64,000 nucleotides of DNA from Spirochaetota bacterium (GCA_963663865.1 OY760686.1:2816001-2880000); one strand, 5' to 3'. Positions 19,941 through 31,124 are shown, counted from the first letter of the stretch. Made by a program: numbers and translations. Notes: generated from the sequence alone by a model not told the origin.

Positions 19941-20822
19941 TCACTTCTTTCTGTAAATTGTAGGTCTCACTGTTCTCACAGGCAGGTCAAAACCGGCGAT
20001 GGATTCTGAGTGGCCGACAAAGAAATAGCCCCCTTCTCTCAGGTTGGAAATCAGCCTTGAACAAATCTGTATCTGCCGTTCCCTTTCGAAATAAATCAGA
20101 GCGTTACGGAAAAATATAATATCAAACAGATCGGGAAAGGGATAATACTGTGACATAAGGTTGAGCTGGAAGAATTCCGTACCAGCCCTGAGTTCAGGTA
20201 TTATTCTCACATGGGCGGCCTCCCTGTCGCGGCTTCTCATGAAATACCGTCTGAAGATATGTGCCGGAACATTCTTTACCCTGCCCGAAGGATAAACGGC
20301 CCGCCGGGCTGTTTCCAATACCTTCAAAGATATATCTGTCCCGGTAATTCTGTAATTCAGGCGGTCTAACCCTCTTGAAAGGGCGTACTCCTCGATTATG
20401 CACGCGAGGCTGTACACCTCCTCTCCGGTCGAACAGGCACAGCTCAGGACGCGCAGAGGCCGCTCAATCCCTGCCTTTTGCTCTTTAATCAGATTTGGAA
20501 GCACCTCTGACTGGAGGCTTTCAAAATGGGCCTGCTCTCTGAAAAAACTCGTCTCATGCGTAGAGACGAGGTCGGCGAAGATGTGAATTTCATGCATCAG
20601 CCCTTCGGAGGATTGTATGTATTCGAAGTAGTCCGAGAAAGTCGAGGCGCCCGTATGTCCCAGCCTTTTTGAAAGCCTCGAAACAAGGAGGGCTTTTTTT
20701 TCAGGCGGCATTTTTATTCCAAACTCGTTTTCTATGAAGGCGCTGATATCCCGCCTTTCTTTTTCAGTCATGGTGTAATGACCGTTTTGCAGAAAGCCTT
20801 TAAGCCCCATTTCTCCTCCCAT
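19941..20822 (-). CDS. cheR: Chemotaxis methyltransferase
   Basis: THETSFFRE, SCACSTGEEVYSLA, GTDIS, FDIIFFRNALIYF and GHSES. Confidence 0.95.
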   Translation of the reverse strand: MGGEMGLKGFLQNGHYTMTEKERRDISAFIENEFGIKMPPEKKALLVSRLSKRLGHTGASTFSDYFEYIQSSEGLMHEIHIFADLVSTHETSFFREQAHFESLQSEVLPNLIKEQKAGIERPLRVLSCACSTGEEVYSLACIIEEYALSRGLDRLNYRITGTDISLKVLETARRAVYPSGRVKNVPAHIFRRYFMRSRDREAAHVRIIPELRAGTEFFQLNLMSQYYPFPDLFDIIFFRNALIYFERERQIQICSRLISNLREGGYFFVGHSESIAGFDLPVRTVRPTIYRKK

Positions 20823-20968
20823 TTAAACGGTTCCGCACAAAGGCCTCACCTGACCGATCAGAGCTGTATCCTGCCGTATAAAAAACTGTTTTGCCGGAAA
20901 ACCCGCCCGCCTCTGTGGAGAGCAGACTGACGGGCCGGTGTATAAGGCAATTATTAACTTTTTAAGAC

Positions 20969-21481
20969 TTACTTCTCCAAAGAGCCTTCATCCTCAGCCT
21001 CTTTGACAGTCTCTTTGAGAAGCTCAATCTCCTCTTCCGAGATAACCCTGTCAATATTAAGGACCATAATAAAGGCCCCGTTGTGTTTTCCAATGCCGTT
21101 AAGAAGCTCAATGTTCACTCTCGTCCCGATTTTCGGAGGAGGTTCGACACCGTTCTCAAACGATATAACACCTCGAACTGCATCCACGAGAGCACCGAGA
21201 ACAAGGTTCTCTCCGTCGGATACAGCCTCAACAATTATTACTGCCGTATCTGCTGTAAGGCCGCCTTCCTTCAATCCGAATTTGCGGCGCAAGTCGATTA
21301 CACTGACCACGCTTCCCCTGAGGTTAAGCACCCCCGCTACGTAAGGCGGAGCGCAGGGGATGGGCGTTATGTCGGGCAGAGACAGAACCTCACGTGTCCT
21401 CAGAACATCAAACGCGAACAGATTCCCGGCGAGCATAAAAGAAAGGAACTGTTCCTTTTCTCTCAAATCTTCATGTTGCAT
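20969..21481 (-). CDS. cheW: Chemotaxis coupling protein
   Basis: QFLSF, ITPIP..P.YVAGVLNLRGSVVSVIDLR; start placed at MQHEDL after the RBS. Confidence 0.93.
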   Translation of the reverse strand: MQHEDLREKEQFLSFMLAGNLFAFDVLRTREVLSLPDITPIPCAPPYVAGVLNLRGSVVSVIDLRRKFGLKEGGLTADTAVIIVEAVSDGENLVLGALVDAVRGVISFENGVEPPPKIGTRVNIELLNGIGKHNGAFIMVLNIDRVISEEEIELLKETVKEAEDEGSLEK

Positions 21482-21488
21482 AACACCC

Positions 21489-23060
21489 TCACCTGTCCAT
21501 TCTTTCAAAATCGCCATCTTCAGCGTCGCCTATATCAAGTTTAACTCCGCCCTTGCCGGTGTCCTTTTTATCCTTCGCGTTAAGGTCGAGATGAGGCAGG
21601 GCCTTTCTCTCAGCTCCATGTCCGTATGCTCCCCTGGTGTAAGTCTGCATGTTGCGGGGCTTGTCGTGCTTTAGACTTATGTATTGTGCCTCATCAACGT
21701 TTCTCTTGCCCGTCTTAAGAAACGCTATCCCCTCTTTCATAAGCATGGTCTGCGAAGCCAGCTGTTCAGATGTAGCAGCAAGCTCTTCTGCGTTAGAAGC
21801 GTTCTGCTGAACCACTGTCGAAAGCTGGACTACTGCAGTGTTAATCTGCTCGCTTCCATTGGCCTGTTCACCGCTCGCGGCGTTTATTTCAGCAACAAGC
21901 TCTGCCGTCCTCTGTATGTCAGGTACCAGCATTTCAAGCATCTCGCCGGCCTTTTCAGCCGTATCAACGCTTGAGTTTGAAAGCTCGCTTATCTCAGTGG
22001 CAGCTATCTGGCTTCTCTCCGCCAACTTCTGGACTTCGCTCGCGACAACCGCGAATCCTCTTCCGTGTTCACCGGCCCGGGCAGCCTCAATGGAGGCGTT
22101 TAACGACAGGAGGTTGGTCTGGCGCGCTATCTCCTGGATTATGCTTATCTTGTCAGCAATCTCCTTCATAGCCTTCACAGTTTTGCCGACTATTTCTCCG
22201 CTTGCCCTTGCGTCGCTCGCGCTCTTGGTAGCGATTCTCTCTGTTTCGGCGGCGTTATCGGAGTTCTGCCTTATTGAAGCCGTGGACTCCTCCATTGTAC
22301 TTGAAATTTCCTCAACTGTAGCGGCCTGTTCGTTTGCACCCTGAGAAAGCTCCTCTGACGATGATGATATCTGCTGAGTACCTGAACTGACCTGGTTTGA
22401 GGCCTCGTCAATAGCGTTAACAATCGCGTATATTGATCTCGTGAGCATAAGCCCTATCGCTATTGCTATTATGAAGACAATAATGCACACGATAATCATA
22501 ATGGTGTTGCTCACCGCGGCAGATTTTGTATTCTCAATGTGCGTATCACCCGCGAATTTTTCCTTAACATCCATCATTTCAAGAATCGTGTTTTCTATCT
22601 CGACACCTACTTTGGCATATCTTGCCACAAGCTGGTCTACAAGCTCATCGCGCCCCTGAATTTTTGCCTGCCTTATCCTTGTCATACCGTCTTCGTAATC
22701 ATTCACGTTATTCTTGAACTTCTCATACTTAACCTTCCACTCGTCCGTAGTAATGTCGTCCTGGAAGTCTGATATCCCCTTTTTAACATCACCAAATGCC
22801 CTGTCGAGAACCCTGCCTTCCTGTTCAACTCCATAGGCGGTGTTTGACCTCAGCACCCTGTAAACATGGATTCTGACCGTTTGAAAGCTGTAAGCCATCT
22901 TGGACAGAACCACTATAGGCTGTGTGCACTTCTCAAAGAGGTACTCCTCTTTCTGAACCATTGACTTGAGATTGAAGATTGAGAACACTCCCAGCATAAG
23001 CGCTATCAGCGCGACCGAAAGAAACCCCAATAAAAGCTTTCCTCTAATACCTAATTTCAT
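21489..23060 (-). CDS. Methyl-accepting chemotaxis protein with 4-helix-bundle sensor
   Basis: Two TMs; [33 protein letters not shown] hairpin tip. Confidence 0.95.
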   Translation of the reverse strand: MKLGIRGKLLLGFLSVALIALMLGVFSIFNLKSMVQKEEYLFEKCTQPIVVLSKMAYSFQTVRIHVYRVLRSNTAYGVEQEGRVLDRAFGDVKKGISDFQDDITTDEWKVKYEKFKNNVNDYEDGMTRIRQAKIQGRDELVDQLVARYAKVGVEIENTILEMMDVKEKFAGDTHIENTKSAAVSNTIMIIVCIIVFIIAIAIGLMLTRSIYAIVNAIDEASNQVSSGTQQISSSSEELSQGANEQAATVEEISSTMEESTASIRQNSDNAAETERIATKSASDARASGEIVGKTVKAMKEIADKISIIQEIARQTNLLSLNASIEAARAGEHGRGFAVVASEVQKLAERSQIAATEISELSNSSVDTAEKAGEMLEMLVPDIQRTAELVAEINAASGEQANGSEQINTAVVQLSTVVQQNASNAEELAATSEQLASQTMLMKEGIAFLKTGKRNVDEAQYISLKHDKPRNMQTYTRGAYGHGAERKALPHLDLNAKDKKDTGKGGVKLDIGDAEDGDFERMDR

Positions 23061-23090
23061 GGTGATCTCCTTTAATAATGAAAAATGTAT

Positions 23091-25073
23091 TCAGCCCATA
23101 ATGGCCTTTTTCCCGGACGCCATGTCCAGGATGCTCATCAGATCAAGTACAAGCGCTATATCCCCATTTCCGAGAATGGTTGCTCCAGAGAGGAACCCTC
23201 CTCTGCTGTCAGTCCTGCTGATCGGCTTAATGACGGTCTGATGCTTTCCTACAAGCCGATCGACAAGAAAACCGACCTTGCCTTCACCCGTATCAGTCAC
23301 AATAATCTGTCTTCCTCCGCGGACACCGCCGCGAAGACGCATAAGAGCCTTGAGGTCGAGACATGATATCATCTCACCTCTCAGATTAATATTAAACCTG
23401 CCGTTTTCATCAGCGTCACTGCCTGCTTCACCGGCCTCAATGCATTCAAGAACATTGGCCAGGTTAAAGATGTAGAGCCCGCCCGCGACCTCGAACATAA
23501 AGCCGTCAATAATCGCGAGTGTAAGCGGGATGAGAATTGACACATCAGTTCCCACGCCTGCTGTAGAGCTTACATTGACGCTTCCCCGCAGCTTTTCAAT
23601 GTTTCTCGAAAGCACATCCATTCCAACGCCTCTGCCCGACACATCAGTGGCAACATCCGCCGTTGAAAAACCGGGCTCAAAAATCTTTGAGAAAATTACG
23701 CTGTCATCTTCTTCAGATGTGGACAAAAGCCCTTTCTCGACCGCTTTCCTCTTTATCCTCTCACGGTCAAGCCCACGCCCGTCATCCCTGATACGAATCA
23801 GCACCTTCGATCCAGAATGCTCAGCGCTTAAGCGTATTGTGCCGGCTTCCGGCTTCCCCGCAGCCAGCCTCTCGGCAGGCTGCTCAATTCCATGGTCAGC
23901 AGAATTTCTTATGAGGTGCATCAGCGGATCTCGCAGCTGCTCAATCATGTTTTTGTCGAGCTCAGTTTCACCGCCGCTGGTTACAATCTTGATTTTTTTC
24001 GAGAGTTTTGACGAAAGCTCGAATACCAGCCGGCCGTATCCCCCGAAGAGTTCAGCTACCGGTATCATACGGATGCTCATTGTGGTATCCCTGAGCTCAT
24101 CGGTAAGACGGTCAAAGCTTTCCGCGATTGAACCCAGCTCAGGTAGGCGGCTTACAGAGGCCTCCTGCGCAAGCCTCGCGTTAAGTGTAACAAGCTCGCC
24201 CACAAGGTTCACGAGCTGGTCAAGCTTTTCGTTCTTAACCCTGATAGTCGTTACATCAGACCTTCTGCGTTCGAAACCGGGGGGCTTTCCATTACCGCTT
24301 TTTTCAACGGGCCTGGAGGACTCTGAGCTCAAGGTTTTTTGCTCCGAAGACGAATCCTCCGGAGCAGAGGCTTTGATCTCAAGCTCGGAATAGTCATCAA
24401 CAAACATGAACGCGTTCTTAACCGCCCCGATACCTCTGTCTGTTTTAAGGGAGCCTCTCCACGATATGTAACACATCTCAGGATTCAGTTTATCAAAATC
24501 GGGAATACGCGAGAGGTCCGCTTTAAGCTGCAGCTTCCCCGCCTCTGAAAGCTCTCTAAAAACAGGCCCAAGCTTGACCCCTCTGAGAAATACCTCAGGA
24601 AAAGGCTTGAACGATATCTCAAAGGTCTGAAGCCCCCCATCCTTTTTCGATGGACCGTCTTCTTTTTGAATGGAAACTTCAGAAACTCCTCCACCGGTAC
24701 AGGAGTTAAGCCTCGCGAGAAGCTCATCCCTTCGCTTCTTTTCATCGTCGCTGTCATCCCCGGCAAGCAGAGAAGCAATCATATCTCTTGCTTCCAGTGA
24801 AAGCGCCAGTATGTCATTTGAAACCTCGGTCTCCCCTTTTCGTATTGAATCAAAAATATTCTCAATATCATGAACGAATGATGAAATCTCCGTATATCCA
24901 AACATGGCGGATGAACCCTTTATTGTATGAAGGGCCCGAAAAGCAGAGGCTACAAGCTCGCCCGACTCATCTCCCTCCTCAAGCCTGACCAGCGTACTCT
25001 CCAGTTCGGAGAGTATTTCGTTCATCTCTTCAAGGTAGGTCTGTCTGAGTTCATTGCTGTCAGCTATACTCAT
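23091..25073 (-). CDS. cheA: Chemotaxis histidine kinase
   Basis: HPt FRALHTIKGSS, HLIRNSADHGIE, DDGRG, PGFSTA...SGRGVGMDV, C-terminal CheW domain; start at MSIADS overlaps the STAS stop. Confidence 0.96.
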   Translation of the reverse strand: MSIADSNELRQTYLEEMNEILSELESTLVRLEEGDESGELVASAFRALHTIKGSSAMFGYTEISSFVHDIENIFDSIRKGETEVSNDILALSLEARDMIASLLAGDDSDDEKKRRDELLARLNSCTGGGVSEVSIQKEDGPSKKDGGLQTFEISFKPFPEVFLRGVKLGPVFRELSEAGKLQLKADLSRIPDFDKLNPEMCYISWRGSLKTDRGIGAVKNAFMFVDDYSELEIKASAPEDSSSEQKTLSSESSRPVEKSGNGKPPGFERRRSDVTTIRVKNEKLDQLVNLVGELVTLNARLAQEASVSRLPELGSIAESFDRLTDELRDTTMSIRMIPVAELFGGYGRLVFELSSKLSKKIKIVTSGGETELDKNMIEQLRDPLMHLIRNSADHGIEQPAERLAAGKPEAGTIRLSAEHSGSKVLIRIRDDGRGLDRERIKRKAVEKGLLSTSEEDDSVIFSKIFEPGFSTADVATDVSGRGVGMDVLSRNIEKLRGSVNVSSTAGVGTDVSILIPLTLAIIDGFMFEVAGGLYIFNLANVLECIEAGEAGSDADENGRFNINLRGEMISCLDLKALMRLRGGVRGGRQIIVTDTGEGKVGFLVDRLVGKHQTVIKPISRTDSRGGFLSGATILGNGDIALVLDLMSILDMASGKKAIMG

Positions 25074-25393
25074 TTTGCCACCTCCACCTTCAGCCATGAC
25101 GGAATGCCGATGCCGCATTGTTCCAGCATCTTCGAAAAACTCCCGTCCCCGCTGTCTGTTACAGTAATGGATATACCTCTTGATTCAAGATAAACCGCGT
25201 AGGAGTGAATTATCTGGAAGAAGCTCAAATCCGGTTTCGCGACAGAGCTGATATCCATCCTCAACCGGGTTATTCCCTGAAGCTCTATTTCTCCCAGCTC
25301 GGCCTTGATTTTATCCGCTTCTCCGGACGAGGCTCTTCCTTCAATCCGCACCGCTGCCTCTTCCAGGCTTTTTGTTACTTCAATGAGAGACAT
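25070..25393 (-). CDS. STAS-domain protein
   Basis: MDISSVAKPDLSFFQII resembles the STAS D.S....D.S..Q motif; sits between cheY and cheA. Confidence 0.75.
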   Translation of the reverse strand: MSLIEVTKSLEEAAVRIEGRASSGEADKIKAELGEIELQGITRLRMDISSVAKPDLSFFQIIHSYAVYLESRGISITVTDSGDGSFSKMLEQCGIGIPSWLKVEVAK

Positions 25394-25414
25394 TAACCCT
25401 CCAGTTGCTGATCA

Positions 25415-25774
25415 TCAGCCTATTACCCTGTTAATCACCTCGAGCAGGCCTTTTGGCTCAAATGGCTTGTTCAGCCAGGCTGTGGCCCCGGCCTCTTTCC
25501 CCCTGCTCTTGACATCTTCCTGCGATTCCGTTGTCAGTATGATGATGGGTACTGTTTTGGCCGTGCTGCCGGAACGGATCACCTTGATCATTTCGATCCC
25601 GTCCATCTCAGGCATGTTGACATCGCTGACAATAAGATCTATCTCATTGTCCAGCTTCTCAATACCGTCGGCACCATTGACCGCTTCGATAACAGCATAC
25701 CCCTCCTTCTCAAGGATAAATTTCACTGATTTTCTTATGGAAGCTGAATCATCGATTACAAGCACTCTTGGCAT
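25415..25774 (-). CDS. cheY: Single-domain response regulator
   Basis: VIDDS, DVNMPEMDG, LTTES and KPF; located in the che operon. Confidence 0.92.
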   Translation of the reverse strand: MPRVLVIDDSASIRKSVKFILEKEGYAVIEAVNGADGIEKLDNEIDLIVSDVNMPEMDGIEMIKVIRSGSTAKTVPIIILTTESQEDVKSRGKEAGATAWLNKPFEPKGLLEVINRVIG

Positions 25775-25806
25775 TGAATCCCCCTCTCTATATATTAAGT
25801 GAAATA

Positions 25807-27090
25807 CTATTCAACCCTCACAGGAGCATCTACGGCTGCCTCTGCAGCGGCGCTGAGTTCTTCAGACGCGGCGGGCAGATACAGCACCGCCATGACCTTT
25901 TCAACGACGCCCCTGCTGAAATCAGAATGGTCTTTGATATTGGAGACCTCCACAATACCGCCGTGTTTTACAACAACGTTCTCAACGAAGGGAAGTCCCA
26001 GTCCGTAATCAAGTGACGGAAACTCTTCCTGAACCGATTTGTTAAGTCTGAAAAACGGTTCAAAGATTATTGCCTCATAACCCATGGGAATTCCCTTTCT
26101 TCCTTCGCTGTCCGGGACAGGCTCGTTCAATATTATAACGGATATTCCGTTCCTGTCAGGCTTGACCATTATGTGAATATCGCTTCCCCTGACTGAGTAC
26201 TTCAGCGCGTTAATAATAAGCTCCCCGATTGCCTTCTCCATCTGAGCCGTATCAACCGCGACATTAATTTGAAAGGCGCCTGAAGGGTCGCTTAGAAGAA
26301 TTCTGTTTTTTCGAATAGACTCAATCTTTCTGCTGTCCTCGACAAGCTGTGATATAAACCAGTGGAACATTTCATAGTCGAGAAGCTCAAGGGCCGGTTC
26401 GCTTTCCTGTATAAGATTTATGTTAGTCATCATATCCATGGCGTTTTTTACGGATCCGATTGTTTCAACAACAAACTCGTATACGCCCGGCTCTACAAGA
26501 TAACCTTCCTCCGTTTTGCGGCTTCCGGATGTCATCATGTCAAGACAGGTAATCAGGGCCCCTGTGCCTACGCCCTGATTAAATGCTCTCTGCATGTCTT
26601 CGAACATGCTCTTGTTCCCCTGCTTGATGGACGCGTTGGCCTTTTCCTGCCACTTGTACCATGAAAGCTGGTTTTCAAGCCTGACGACTTTTTCCTTTTC
26701 GAGAAGTATCTTCGTCTTCCTGAGTTCGGCGACCTCAAAGGCGTTGTTCAGCCTGTTGGCCAGATCTTCTGAACTCACATCCTTTCTGAAGTAGTCATAA
26801 ACACCGAGCTTCATAATACGTACGATTGTGTCGTAATCGTCATGCACTGTTATAACGAAAATAACCGGGGGGAACTCGAGAGTATTGAGTTTGATAATGA
26901 GCCGCTCCCCGTCCATTACAGGCATCTCAAGATCGGTAAGAACCACGGGATAAGGGTTGGATTCAAAAAGCTCAAGGGCTTCCATTCCGTTGTGGGCCGT
27001 GTCAACGTCGAAACCCTGCTTCTCAAGAGAGTCTCTCAGCTTTGCGGCAATCGATTTGCTGTCTTCCACCAGCAGCAGTTTTCTGTTCAT
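25807..27090 (-). CDS. REC domain fused to a histidine-kinase-like ATPase domain
   Basis: N-terminal REC (VEDS, DLEMP); ELIINALKYS, IFEPFFR and GLGLP boxes; no recognisable H-box. Confidence 0.8.
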   Translation of the reverse strand: MNRKLLLVEDSKSIAAKLRDSLEKQGFDVDTAHNGMEALELFESNPYPVVLTDLEMPVMDGERLIIKLNTLEFPPVIFVITVHDDYDTIVRIMKLGVYDYFRKDVSSEDLANRLNNAFEVAELRKTKILLEKEKVVRLENQLSWYKWQEKANASIKQGNKSMFEDMQRAFNQGVGTGALITCLDMMTSGSRKTEEGYLVEPGVYEFVVETIGSVKNAMDMMTNINLIQESEPALELLDYEMFHWFISQLVEDSRKIESIRKNRILLSDPSGAFQINVAVDTAQMEKAIGELIINALKYSVRGSDIHIMVKPDRNGISVIILNEPVPDSEGRKGIPMGYEAIIFEPFFRLNKSVQEEFPSLDYGLGLPFVENVVVKHGGIVEVSNIKDHSDFSRGVVEKVMAVLYLPAASEELSAAAEAAVDAPVRVE

Positions 27091-27603
27091 GAATTATCCC
27101 GTATTAAAATCAAAAATTTCATCTTCTCCGAAACCGGCAATATCCGAATTATAGGCGATTATCTCAGTTTATTCAAACAAAAAAAGTCGTCAAATTCTCA
27201 GAATGTTCAGTTTTTATTATTAAAAAACAATATAATTCGATGCCTACACCGCAGCGTCAAACTCGTCAAGATTAATATGTTAATTTGTATTAATATTATT
27301 TTTTTATTTATTATGTTTAATTTATTAATTATTGTTTATAGATATGTATGTTTTTTTATACAACCCATTTCAATTGATTAATTAAAATATATTAATTATA
27401 ATCATTAATTATGTTTATTATTTCATCGGAAAAATATCAGAATTACAGCTATATCAGCTTACGCGAAATATCGCGCTTCCAATTATTTTTTGAGACGGTT
27501 TTAATCTCCGGTTTCAATGCAAGTCATTCATTCTCGATAGGGAGATGCGAATCTGAGGGCTTTTTTGAAAATATGGGAGGATAAATTTATTACAGTTAAA
27601 AGT

Positions 27604-30432
27604 CTATCTGTCTGAAGAAACAGCTATCGCGGCATTAAGCAGCCTTATTGAACAGCCTATCCCCGAATACGATTTACAGGCCGCTATAAGCCGTTCGCGC
27701 TCCTGTTGAGCCTTCATAATGCGGTTGGTCGTTCTGGTTATCTGCGAGCGCATGTCCTTCCCGTACCACTTCATTGAGCTTTTTTGAAGTTCCAGCTTTT
27801 CCTCAAGTTCACGGATGGCTCTGTCAAAGGATTCCCGTATTTTTTCAAGCTCCGGGTCAATCTGGAAATCAATGCTGTCGCACATATCGCTCCGCCTGGA
27901 GTCGACCCTGGACCGCACACGCCTTTCTGCCTGGCTGAAGAGATATGCCGCGTTTTCGGATATGCGGCGCTTTAATGAGTCATCAACCTGGGGCGGCGCC
28001 TCCGTAAGCTCATTCTCAGCGGCCTCTCTCTCGAGGGATTCGAGGTCCCATTCACCAAGGCTTCCGTCAAGAAGCGCGATTATCGGAACAAGCTCCTGGC
28101 TCCGCTTAACTGATTTGTAGGTTACGATAAAATTGAACAGAAGCCCAGTGAAGCTGCGCCCTGACTGCAGCCGCACTATTCCGGTTGTTCCTCCGAAACC
28201 TCTGCCCTGGCACCGTGCAATTGAATCCTCAACAAGGCTGTGGCCGAAAGCCAGAAATTCCAGCGAGTCGTTTTCAAGCGCCAGCTGGCTGTCGAATGTT
28301 CCATGCTTCGTCTTCCCGTCGGGGAGCATTAGCTCATAGAGCCCGCCCGGCTTCAGAGGGACCTTAAATGACGAGGACAGTTCCGGATCAGCAGCCGCAA
28401 GCCTCCTGACAAAGGCCTCAATTCTCTGGTTGGAGAACTGCCTCTCCTTGAGCGTAATCCTGTAGTACTCATCGTAATTAAAATCCATGCGGTGCGTAAC
28501 CGTCAGCTCGGAAAGCTTCTCATAGTTCTTTCTTGCCGCTTCGAGCCTGCCGTCCAGCTCTTTGTTTATATCGGACTTTTTCCTGCGGCCGGAGACGAGT
28601 TCCATGAAAAGGCTGTTCAGGCTGAGCTCATCCTCAATCTCTCCCAGCATAACGTCAGGAGTGCCTATGGACTCTTCAAACAGCTTCAATTTTCTCGTGA
28701 GCACCTCAAGCACCCTTTCCGCGACAGTATCGCTGGTCGAAAAGTTATACACAAGAACATCATTCGGCTGGCCGAACCGGTGAATACGCCCGATCCTCTG
28801 CTCAATTTTCAGCGGCGACCAGGGAAGATCATAGTTAATGAGGACATCGCAGAACTGCATATTCCGCCCTTCGCCTCCGGCTTCAGTTGCGATTATAACT
28901 TCAGCGCTGTTTTTGAATTCCAGTATTGCCCTTTCCTTCTCATCGGCGCTCATTGAGCCGTTGAACGCGACAGTGCTGAATCCATCAAGAAACCCGACAA
29001 GGAAGTCCTGAGTAGTCCTGAACTGTGTAAATATGATGAACTTCTTTTTGCCTTTCTTTCTAAGCGAGCGCATAAGCTCGCCCAGCTTTTCAGCCTTTTT
29101 ATTCACTTCAATCCTTTCCGCGATTTCAATCAGCCTGCTAATAGTGGAAATCTCAACACCGAGCTCAGCAACTGTCTTTTCAAGGGATATATCCATGAGG
29201 TCGTCCACAGACTCGTCCTCGTCCATATCGGATAGATCAAGATATCTGGCTGCCTCTTCCGAAAGCAGTGTGCCTCCCTCTGCCCTTGAAAGCAGCTCTT
29301 CAAGCCTGGTTCTCCTGTTGCGCAGCGCGACAAGCAGGGCGTATGACGAGGAATCAAGGAGCTTCTGAAAAACCGTCATGACGAATCCTACAGCCCTGTT
29401 TTCATTCTGCATTGCCCTGTTGAACTCTTCAACTACATACTTTGTAGTCTCTTCGTAGAGATGCCTCTCATCAGGATAGAGCTCAAACTTGACAGTACGC
29501 GCGAACCTTCGAGTAAATCCGCCGATATCGCGTTTTGTCCTGCGTATAACAACCTGTGAAAGCTTTTCTTTGAGGCCCGACAGATCAGCGCCCTCAGCAC
29601 AGTACTCATTGGCAAACGACTGAAAAGGCCCGAGCAGATTTTTGTCAATGAGCGCTATCAGAAAGTAAAGCTCCTCAAGCTTTCCCCTGAACGGGGTAGC
29701 GGAAAGAAGCAGCAGGCTCCTGGTCCTGTCGGAAACTATTTCGGCCATCGTATATGCCTGAGTCGAGCTGTTAGCGTCGCGCCTGAGCCTGTGGGCCTCG
29801 TCGAAAATGACCGAATCCCACGACGTCCTTGCGAGGTCCTCGGCAAAGGCCTCGTTCTTGATAAAGTCAAGGGAGCATATTATCTTGTCCCGCGCCGTCC
29901 ATGGATTGCCCGACGCTCCGCATTCCTTCTTAAGCTGCTTCATGAGCCTGCGGTCCATGATCTCGAATTCTTCGTTGAACTTGTATTTCATCTCGCTCTG
30001 CCACTGATAGAGCAGCGACGCGGGACATGAAATGAGTATGCGGCTGTACCCGTAGCGGTAGATCATCTCCTTTATTACAAGGCCGGCTTCAATAGTCTTG
30101 CCCAATCCGACCTCATCGGCTATGAGAAAGCGCTGCTTGAGTGCGCAGACAATTCTGTGCGTGCTTTCAACCTGATGGGCCAGAATTCTGGTCCTGGAAT
30201 TAGAAAGGGAAAGTATTTTGTTGTACGCGTATGCCAGCTGCAGAACATACGATTCAGTCTTCAGATGGAACCTCAGAGGGTCCCCGAATTCCCCGCGGAC
30301 AAGGGAGGCGAGCGCCTCTTCCGTGTTTTCAATCGGCAGAAGCGCGCCGTCTGTCTGTTCACTTTCCCGGAAAAGGGATTCATCCGTTATATCGAAAAGT
30401 TCCGGATTTTCTGATGTCGATTGATATGTCAT
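27604..30432 (-). CDS. SNF2-family helicase (RapA/YqhH-like)
   Basis: LIADEVGLGKTIEAG, DEAH, LSATP, TEAGGEGRNMQF, NYDLPW and EQRIGRIHRFGQ. Confidence 0.92.
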   Translation of the reverse strand: MTYQSTSENPELFDITDESLFRESEQTDGALLPIENTEEALASLVRGEFGDPLRFHLKTESYVLQLAYAYNKILSLSNSRTRILAHQVESTHRIVCALKQRFLIADEVGLGKTIEAGLVIKEMIYRYGYSRILISCPASLLYQWQSEMKYKFNEEFEIMDRRLMKQLKKECGASGNPWTARDKIICSLDFIKNEAFAEDLARTSWDSVIFDEAHRLRRDANSSTQAYTMAEIVSDRTRSLLLLSATPFRGKLEELYFLIALIDKNLLGPFQSFANEYCAEGADLSGLKEKLSQVVIRRTKRDIGGFTRRFARTVKFELYPDERHLYEETTKYVVEEFNRAMQNENRAVGFVMTVFQKLLDSSSYALLVALRNRRTRLEELLSRAEGGTLLSEEAARYLDLSDMDEDESVDDLMDISLEKTVAELGVEISTISRLIEIAERIEVNKKAEKLGELMRSLRKKGKKKFIIFTQFRTTQDFLVGFLDGFSTVAFNGSMSADEKERAILEFKNSAEVIIATEAGGEGRNMQFCDVLINYDLPWSPLKIEQRIGRIHRFGQPNDVLVYNFSTSDTVAERVLEVLTRKLKLFEESIGTPDVMLGEIEDELSLNSLFMELVSGRRKKSDINKELDGRLEAARKNYEKLSELTVTHRMDFNYDEYYRITLKERQFSNQRIEAFVRRLAAADPELSSSFKVPLKPGGLYELMLPDGKTKHGTFDSQLALENDSLEFLAFGHSLVEDSIARCQGRGFGGTTGIVRLQSGRSFTGLLFNFIVTYKSVKRSQELVPIIALLDGSLGEWDLESLEREAAENELTEAPPQVDDSLKRRISENAAYLFSQAERRVRSRVDSRRSDMCDSIDFQIDPELEKIRESFDRAIRELEEKLELQKSSMKWYGKDMRSQITRTTNRIMKAQQERERLIAACKSYSGIGCSIRLLNAAIAVSSDR

Positions 30433-30463
30433 TATTCTCTGAATTATTATCCACTAAACAAGA

Positions 30464-30488
30464 AATCCCCCTCAGGGCAAGGGGGATT
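30464..30488 (-). terminator. Hairpin between ECF sigma and SNF2 genes
   Basis: AATCCCCCT...AGGGGGATT. Confidence 0.45.
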
Positions 30489-30557
30489 CCATAAATTCCT
30501 TCAGGGGACATAAAATTCTCCGGAAAACTATAGTTCAAGCAATTTTTTATACCGGCC

Positions 30558-31124
30558 TCAGCGGCTTGACTCTCCGTCATTCGAACAGCCGTAATAGGGG
30601 CCAAGACGCGCCTTCAGGGCCTGATTCACTTCGCGGCATATCTTGCGTATTTTGTACATTGAAAGCGAAGATTCGGCGCATATATCGGCACACTTCCGAT
30701 TGGTGAAAACAACATCCTTATACACCTGCCTCTTGAGTTCCGTGAAGGAATCAATCGTATCCCGCAGCGTAGAAACGACCTCGCCGCTGATGAACGCGTT
30801 CTCAACATTTTCGAAGAATTTTCTGTCCGATACGGCCTCTTCAAAGTACTTCTCACGCAGCCTGGCTTCCTCAAGAGAGGACCTTCTCAGATAATCGATG
30901 GCGCAGTTTCGGGCTACCTTCAAGATAAAGCCCCTCTGCCTTTTTTCATCGGTTTCATCGAGGCATTCAGCCCTGCGCAGCACCTTGATGAAGGCCTCCT
31001 GTACTATTTCCTCGCAGATATCGTGATTATTCACAATCCTGAACACTATCCGCAGGACCTGGGCATAGTACTTCCTGTAGCAGAGGGCAAAGCTCCGCCT
31101 CTTTTCAAGACTGGGTGGCTCCAT
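30558..31124 (-). CDS. ECF-type sigma-70 factor
   Basis: Region 2 signature EEIVQEAFIKV...VARNCAIDYLRR; divergent region 4. Confidence 0.8.
   Translation of the reverse strand: MEPPSLEKRRSFALCYRKYYAQVLRIVFRIVNNHDICEEIVQEAFIKVLRRAECLDETDEKRQRGFILKVARNCAIDYLRRSSLEEARLREKYFEEAVSDRKFFENVENAFISGEVVSTLRDTIDSFTELKRQVYKDVVFTNRKCADICAESSLSMYKIRKICREVNQALKARLGPYYGCSNDGESSR

Noticed and set aside
20823-20968. c-di-GMP riboswitch between cheW and cheR (also considered at 9660-9890 and 58510-58660)
   Set aside because: GGCAAA-like words are present but the paired GEMM architecture could not be built.
27290-27425. dif site or replication origin
   Set aside because: Only a XerD-like half (TTATGTTTAAT) in very AT-rich DNA with no XerC arm; DnaA-like boxes near 30447 and 56844 are isolated, the latter inside a CDS.
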